A stretch of 21,017 nt of DNA from Candidatus Micrarchaeota archaeon (GTDB lineage: Archaea > B1Sed10-29), in the NCBI GenBank assembly GCA_964388265.1, contig CAYLXZ010000003.1, positions 1 to 21,017 on the forward strand, written 5' to 3'. The notes beneath the pieces are model-generated. The model searched no databases. It was not told the origin of the DNA and saw only the letters and a program-made list of their open reading frames with translations. The position numbers and the translations under genes are program-made. Positions 16,470-21,017 of the stretch are shown here, one piece after another (the first letter of the stretch is position 1; each line of letters opens with the position of its first letter).

Positions 16470-16652
16470 TAAGCTTGGCTATATGTCGAGCTGTTTGGAG
16501 CCCTTGCTGGCGGGGGTGCAAACAATCCATATTTGAACGGAACCTCTGTATTCAAGTTCTTAGTAATGGAAGTGTAACCTATAGAGTTCCTGTGTCAGGA
16601 ACCCTCTTCTTTCAGGGAGAGGAGGACGTCAGGGTATTTAACTTTGGGAATG
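16470..16652 (+). ncRNA. Putative omegaRNA (reRNA) scaffold plus ~20-nt flank-derived guide
   Basis: Three stems seen by eye: TGTTTG..CCCTTG-ctgg-CGGGGG..CAAACA (16492-16524), GGAACCTCTGTA/TATAGAGTTCC (16539-16590) and the right-end hairpin (16603-16622), ending in GTCAG at 16632. G-T pairs favour the + strand. The 5' and 3' limits are estimates. Confidence 0.6.
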
Positions 16653-16681
16653 TCTAGGTAACCTTCTTTTATTTAGTTTTC

Positions 16682-17572
16682 TCAGAGCAGTTCCAGCACG
16701 TTTATTGATTTAGCGACATTGAACAAGAGCAGGGATAGGGGTAGGAGTATAGATATATAAATAAGGGTTTTTTCTATTTCTTTTTCTTGGTATGCTACGA
16801 ATATCGATGCTATGATGGAGTATAGTGCTATGTAGATTTGGTTACCTAGAATTGAGTTTTTCTTAACTGCTTGTTTTACTCCTTGGCTGAGACCTATATT
16901 GAGTTCTGTGATCGGAGCTATTTCAAGGGTGTTTATCACTGAGATCATGGATCCTAGGAGCACTGGTACTATGAGTCCTCCTGCTAGTAGTAGAGTGTAT
17001 TTTTCCACGGTCGCGGATACTTTTCTTTTTCTCTTCATCTCATGTAGTTTTGAGGCTTCGTTTGCTGTTTCTTCCAGTGACTTGGAGAGGTCGCATCCTG
17101 TTTCATGTCCTATTATAAGTACTTCCACGGCTCTTTCTATTAGATCTGAGTTTATTCTTGCCTTCATGTCTTGAAGTGCTTTTTTCACGGATGAACCTGT
17201 CTTTATCTGTTTATAGGTTTTCTTGAATTCCTGTGCTAGTTCTCCTTCTTCCTTGGATATGTTTTCTAGGACTTTCTCCGTGTTTCTGTATGATGCGATG
17301 GAGGAGGCTTGGTAGAGCAGTGGAACTAGCTCTTTCTCCATCTTTCTTTTCTTCTTTTTCTCAAGGTACCTTGGGTAGAAGTAGAGGTATAAGGGCAGTG
17401 GTGAGGATAGGATGATGGCTAGTAGGGGTGTCAGCACTGGTTTTATTCCTAGGAAGAATAGGAACGCGAACAGCACCACTGGCAGAGTCATTGTTTTCTT
17501 CATTGTCTTTTTTAAGGTTCTTTTCCTCGGTTCTTTAAGTTTCTTCAATTTTTCTATATCCATTTTTATCAT
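16682..17572 (-). CDS. Type II secretion system F / TadC-like membrane protein, 296 aa
   Basis: GELAQEFKKTYKQIKTGSSVKKALQDM...SDLIERAV...ETGCDLSKSLEETA T2SSF pattern; TM helices at both ends; operonic with TadB-like gene and ATPase. Confidence 0.88.
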   Translation of the reverse strand: MIKMDIEKLKKLKEPRKRTLKKTMKKTMTLPVVLFAFLFFLGIKPVLTPLLAIILSSPLPLYLYFYPRYLEKKKKRKMEKELVPLLYQASSIASYRNTEKVLENISKEEGELAQEFKKTYKQIKTGSSVKKALQDMKARINSDLIERAVEVLIIGHETGCDLSKSLEETANEASKLHEMKRKRKVSATVEKYTLLLAGGLIVPVLLGSMISVINTLEIAPITELNIGLSQGVKQAVKKNSILGNQIYIALYSIIASIFVAYQEKEIEKTLIYISILLPLSLLLFNVAKSINVLELL

Positions 17573-18396
17573 TAGGGTTTCTTTGTTGCTGTGTAGCCAA
17601 GTATCAGGAGGTTCAGTGCTGGGAACCCAACTGCGGGTATTAGTAGCGCTTGTGTTGGGCTTATGTTTAGGTTTAGGAAGTTTGATCCTATTATCACTAG
17701 TGCTTGGAACATTGCTGGAATAACTGCGGATGCTGCTATGAATAGCAGTGAATATACGAGTAGTTTCTCGTTGTATTCCTTCATTTTGTTTCTTAGTATT
17801 GATTCTTGTTCTCTGGCTAGTTTCTTGAGTGCTTTGCTTCCTTTTTCTGGGTCTGTGGAGTGGATTGAGGTCATCTGGCTTGCTGTTCTTTTTATGAACT
17901 TGCTTGTGTTTCTTCTGCTCATCTTTGCTAGGGCTTCTGGGAAGCTTGATCCTTTCTTTAGGTCCTTGTTCACTTTCTTGAGTTCCTTTCCTCCTGGGTT
18001 ATCTTGGCTTGCGGCGTGTTGGATGGATCTGTGGAGTGGTGTACCTATCTTTAGTTCTGTTGAAATGGTTCTGAGTGCTCTTGCCATGGATCGATCCAGC
18101 GAGTTATTGTATTTCCTTTTCACTATTCCAGGGATCTTCGTTACCAGGTAGTAGAGGCTGCTGAAGGAGATTAACCCTATTCCAGCTGCTTTCACTGGGC
18201 TCTGAGTTAATAGCAATCCTATTAAGAGCAGTGAAATGGTTATTGATATACCTATGGATATCCTGATGTATCTGTCTGGATCTATATCTGTGTTTTTTAG
18301 TTTTCTCTTTATCTCGAGTCTTCTATTTCTAGGTATAATTACTTCTAGGGGCTTGAATCTTTCTTCAAGCATCTTCTTCGCTTCATCTGGATTCAT
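17572..18396 (-). CDS. Type II secretion system F / TadB-TadC-like membrane protein, 274 aa
   Basis: ALRTISTELKIGTPL...ELKKVNKDLKKGSSFPEALAKM T2SSF pattern with flanking TM helices. Confidence 0.88.
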   Translation of the reverse strand: MNPDEAKKMLEERFKPLEVIIPRNRRLEIKRKLKNTDIDPDRYIRISIGISITISLLLIGLLLTQSPVKAAGIGLISFSSLYYLVTKIPGIVKRKYNNSLDRSMARALRTISTELKIGTPLHRSIQHAASQDNPGGKELKKVNKDLKKGSSFPEALAKMSRRNTSKFIKRTASQMTSIHSTDPEKGSKALKKLAREQESILRNKMKEYNEKLLVYSLLFIAASAVIPAMFQALVIIGSNFLNLNISPTQALLIPAVGFPALNLLILGYTATKKP

Positions 18397-20077
18397 CTTT
18401 AACCTCTTTTATTATCTGTTCTTGGTTTTCTCCGTAGCTAAGTTCAAGTTTCTCCATCAACTTGGTTCCCTTCATCTTCTCAGGCCTGTATCCTTTTTCT
18501 TTGCTGTATATCTCTATTGGTTCTGAGTCTTTGTCCAGCGTGGATGCTTGGATTACTTTCCTCTTCTCTTCGCTTTCTTCTGAGTGATCTATCCATCTTC
18601 TTTGAACTAGGATTAGGTCTATTGTCTTCAGGTCGTTTCTACTTATTCCTAGGGATTTTAGCCTGGTTAATGTTTCTTCTGTTGAGTTTCCGTGGAATGT
18701 TGTGATTGTTCCTTTTCCCTGTCCTGCTAGCATGGTGTTGAACAGCGCCTCTACCTCCTTCTCATCTCTTACTTCGCCTACGATTATCCTGTCGGGCCTC
18801 ATTCTCAGTGTATCGGTTACTAGTTGATACATCTCTATGTCAAGTGATGGTGAGGTGGTTAGTCTTATCACGTGGTCTTGAGGAGGATTTACCTCAGGAG
18901 TTTCCTCTACGAGTATCAGCCTCTCGGTCTCTGGCAGGAAGTTTAGAAGGGTGTTGAGTGTGGTTGTCTTACCGCTTCCGGTGTTCCCTGCTATCAGGAT
19001 ATTCGTATCGCACTTCATGGTTCTTTCTATCAGTTTCATGAGACCTGGGTCTATTGTGTTGTTCTCTACAAGGTCTTTTGGTTTGAATTTGTCTTTTATG
19101 AATTTACGTATGGTCATGCAGTTTCCCGTGGTTGCAAGTGGCTCTATGGCTCCGTGTATCCTACCTTTATCTATATTGGCGTTTACTCTTGGTTTCTTCA
19201 GGGTTATTCTTCTGTCGAGTTTTCTTGCGGCTTTGTTTATAAGGTTCTTCACCTTCTCAGGGTTTGTTATCTCTAGATCTGTCTGTATCCACCCGTGGTC
19301 CACATGGTATACGTATAGGGGTTTCTTTGGGGCTATTATGGATATTTCCTCTAGTTCTTCGTCCTCTATAAGTGTCTCTAGTATGGATAATCCGTTTATC
19401 TCTCTGTGTATGTATCTGGCTATTTTCTCCACATGGTCTTCTGTGATCTCGAGGTTCATTTCCAGGCATTTTCTCTCAGTCTCTGCCTCTATCTCGCTTC
19501 TATCTGTTCCTGTTTCGTTTTCTCTGATGTGTTTTATTATCTCGCTGGTTATCTTGGCTTCCTGTAGCCCTAAGTTCTCTTCTCCTGTGAAGTAAACTGG
19601 TTCATCTCTTTCTTTGGTTATTGCGATCTTTCCTTCTATCTCTCTGGTTTTCTCTAGGTCTCTTACTCTGTATCCAATCTTCTCTCTTAAGGTATTTTTC
19701 TCTTCCTGGGTGTAAACTACTTCCAGCGCGTTGTATGGACATGCTTTCACGCATTTATAGTCCTCTTCACCCGCACATAGATTACATTTAATTGGTGTCT
19801 CTCCATCATGAAGTATCTTGCCATCGGATTTCTCCATGCAGAGCCCGCAGTCACTGCATTTCTCTTTATTCAACTGGTGGTTGTGCGATTGGTTTTCCTC
19901 GAAAGCTGATTCCGGGCAGTTTCTTGTTATGGATTCGTCTAGGCTCGAGGAATGGAAGAACTCCATTAATTCACTTTTGGAGTAGGTTTCCGTCATCTCT
20001 TGAGTTACTTGTGGACAGGCTTCAAAGCAAAGAGAACATCCCTCGACGCACTTGTCTCTATGTACCTCGATCTTCAT
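18383..20077 (-). CDS. TadA/CpaF/VirB11-family secretion ATPase with N-terminal [4Fe-4S] ferredoxin-like domain, 564 aa
   Basis: Walker A GNTGSGKTT, Asp box VEETPE, LRMRPDRIIVGEVR (Walker B) and TTFHG; 12 Cys in ferredoxin-type motifs within aa 10-113. Confidence 0.92.
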   Translation of the reverse strand: MKIEVHRDKCVEGCSLCFEACPQVTQEMTETYSKSELMEFFHSSSLDESITRNCPESAFEENQSHNHQLNKEKCSDCGLCMEKSDGKILHDGETPIKCNLCAGEEDYKCVKACPYNALEVVYTQEEKNTLREKIGYRVRDLEKTREIEGKIAITKERDEPVYFTGEENLGLQEAKITSEIIKHIRENETGTDRSEIEAETERKCLEMNLEITEDHVEKIARYIHREINGLSILETLIEDEELEEISIIAPKKPLYVYHVDHGWIQTDLEITNPEKVKNLINKAARKLDRRITLKKPRVNANIDKGRIHGAIEPLATTGNCMTIRKFIKDKFKPKDLVENNTIDPGLMKLIERTMKCDTNILIAGNTGSGKTTTLNTLLNFLPETERLILVEETPEVNPPQDHVIRLTTSPSLDIEMYQLVTDTLRMRPDRIIVGEVRDEKEVEALFNTMLAGQGKGTITTFHGNSTEETLTRLKSLGISRNDLKTIDLILVQRRWIDHSEESEEKRKVIQASTLDKDSEPIEIYSKEKGYRPEKMKGTKLMEKLELSYGENQEQIIKEVKDESR

Positions 20078-20213
20078 GTGGTTTTTAGTTTTGGTTTCTT
20101 TAAATTCAATTCTCCAACGGTTTTGAGTTAAAGAAAGTTAGATAATCTCTTAAATTACGAGTAGTGAAGTGATATAGGGAAAGATATAAGTACTTGTACG
20201 GGCACAGTAGGTA

Positions 20214-20375
20214 ATGGTGAAGATTATGGTTAAAGATGAAAATAAGTCTTTACTTGACTTTGCTGGGGAATGGAAAGGCGAGAAAGAAGAAACAGAGGAA
20301 ATACTTGAAGAACTAATGGAAGAGAGACATAAAGCTAAAAGAACCTCTAATCATGAGAAATCAAAAACATTTTAA
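20214..20375 (+). CDS. Small acidic protein resembling the C-terminal half of archaeal VapB/DUF217-type antitoxins, 53 aa (absent from ORF track)
   Basis: MVKIMVKDENKSLLDFAGEWKGEKEETEEILEELMEERHKAKRTSNHEKSKTF*. GGAAA-GATATAAGTA (BRE/TATA-like) at ~20178-20192; alternative ATG 20226 after GGTGA. Confidence 0.5.
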   Translation: MVKIMVKDENKSLLDFAGEWKGEKEETEEILEELMEERHKAKRTSNHEKSKTF

Positions 20376-20411
20376 TCAAATACCCAATCTAAAGGTTCGG
20401 ACTTGGTAATG

Positions 20412-20759
20412 CTAGAAGTCTATTTTATCGCCTACTTCCAGGTCTTCTTCATCTGCTTTGCCAGCTGGCATCTCCAAGAGAAACTTACTCGGTTTACCTG
20501 GCATTATGCAGGGATTGAATGGCCTTATATTTCTCTTGATATCCACTATCTCTTTATCTTCATCTAGGAACACTGCGTCGAACCTGAAGAGAACAAAGAA
20601 AGAATGAATAGCTGAAAAGAACTTCGATTCTCTCTTGAACTTGAATAAGAGACAGTAGTCAAATTTAGATTTTCTCCTGAACATCAATCCCCTTACCTTA
20701 CTTAAGAAAGAATCCACTTCCCTTACCTCTAAATCCAGGTCCTCTACATCCATTGCCAT
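20412..20759 (-). CDS. DUF192 (UPF0127) family protein
   Basis: DSFLSKVRGLMFR, IHSFFVLFRFDAVFLD, LLEMPAG and LEVGDKI motifs. Confidence 0.9.
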   Translation of the reverse strand: MAMDVEDLDLEVREVDSFLSKVRGLMFRRKSKFDYCLLFKFKRESKFFSAIHSFFVLFRFDAVFLDEDKEIVDIKRNIRPFNPCIMPGKPSKFLLEMPAGKADEEDLEVGDKIDF

Positions 20760-20904
20760 ATCGTTTTTTTACTTTTCCCCTCTTATAGATGTTTTGGGGT
20801 CTTGGAAAACAACCACTATGGAAAATTAATTTAGAGGTATGGAAAAAATATTTATAGTTGTGTGGGTATAACTTTGTATAGTTACCTAATGACCAGTCAA
20901 AATT

Positions 20905-20918
20905 AACTCCATGGAGTT
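20905..20918. promoter_or_regulatory. Perfect 14-bp palindrome AACTCCATGGAGTT, possible operator
   Basis: Lies between a TATA-like TTTATA (20851-20856) and the AGGAGG RBS of the 20948 gene. Confidence 0.4.
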
Positions 20919-20947
20919 GGAAAAAGCGTTAAAAGGAGGAGATTAAA

Positions 20948-21017
20948 ATGGATAGAGAAACCATAACAGAGAAAATACTGAGAAAATCCACTGCCAGAGT
21001 CCTAAAAACACTTTACG
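20948..21017 (+). CDS. 5' end of a gene running off the window (MDRETITEKILRKSTARVLKTLY...)
   Basis: ATG preceded by AGGAGGAG, open to the window end, host-like codons; too short to assign a function. Confidence 0.6.
   Translation, partial: MDRETITEKILRKSTARVLKTLY

Larger units (their letters stand above)
15183..16632 (+). mobile_element. IS200/IS605-family (IS1341-type, tnpA-less) element; ends oriented on +, tnpB on -
   Basis: Two related subterminal hairpins in direct orientation: 15193-15212 CCTCTTCCTTTGAGGAGAGG and 16603-16622 CCTCTTCTTTCAGGGAGAGG (17/21 identical including the next base). The left one is framed by CGCT/AGCG and preceded by TTTAT. The right one is followed by AGGACGTCAG, which resembles IS605-group right ends. 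Exact boundaries are inferred. Confidence 0.75.

Noticed and set aside
16418..16555. 46-aa N-terminal extension of TnpB in the ORF track (TTG start at 16555)
   Set aside because: It does not resemble TnpB N-termini and overlaps the TATA box and the structured RNA region; ATG 16417 has correct promoter spacing.
15183..16632. An associated tnpA (Y1 or serine) transposase
   Set aside because: There is no room and no HUH or serine recombinase motif between the ends; mobility would need TnpA in trans.
16633..16652. A second target for the predicted guide within the window
   Set aside because: No convincing match found by eye on either strand; a genome-wide search is still needed.
16899..20088. 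Plus-strand ORFs opposite the Tad operon (e.g. 17663-18151, 18951-19595)
   Set aside because: Antisense to well-supported genes and compositionally shadow ORFs.

Overview
Archaeal genomic window. Evidence: class III signal peptides, TATA boxes about 25-30 nt upstream of start codons, GGTGA/GGAGG ribosome-binding sites, and PAC2, DUF473 and DUF192 genes. The pilin types and acidic proteins suggest a DPANN-like, possibly halophilic lineage (inference). From left to right: (1) a type IV pilus locus with the 3' end of an assembly ATPase, a large TadC/FlaJ-like platform protein and seven prepilin-like genes, one missed by the ORF track; (2) a convergent three-gene unit ending in a 1564-aa secreted, C-terminally anchored protein with Gly/Ala-rich hydrophobic segments; (3) a membrane-anchored Glu/Lys-rich protein with a C-terminal Cys-rich zinc module; (4) flavin reductase-like, DUF473 and PAC2 genes; (5) a tnpA-less IS200/IS605-family element whose catalytically intact tnpB points away from the right end, with a structured omegaRNA-like region apparently transcribed divergently from a shared TATA box; (6) a second TadB/TadC/ATPase module whose ATPase carries an N-terminal multi-[4Fe-4S] ferredoxin domain; (7) a small antitoxin-like ORF, DUF192 and the start of another gene. 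No CRISPR array, rRNA or tRNA was seen. All family assignments come from motif recognition by eye, not database searches.
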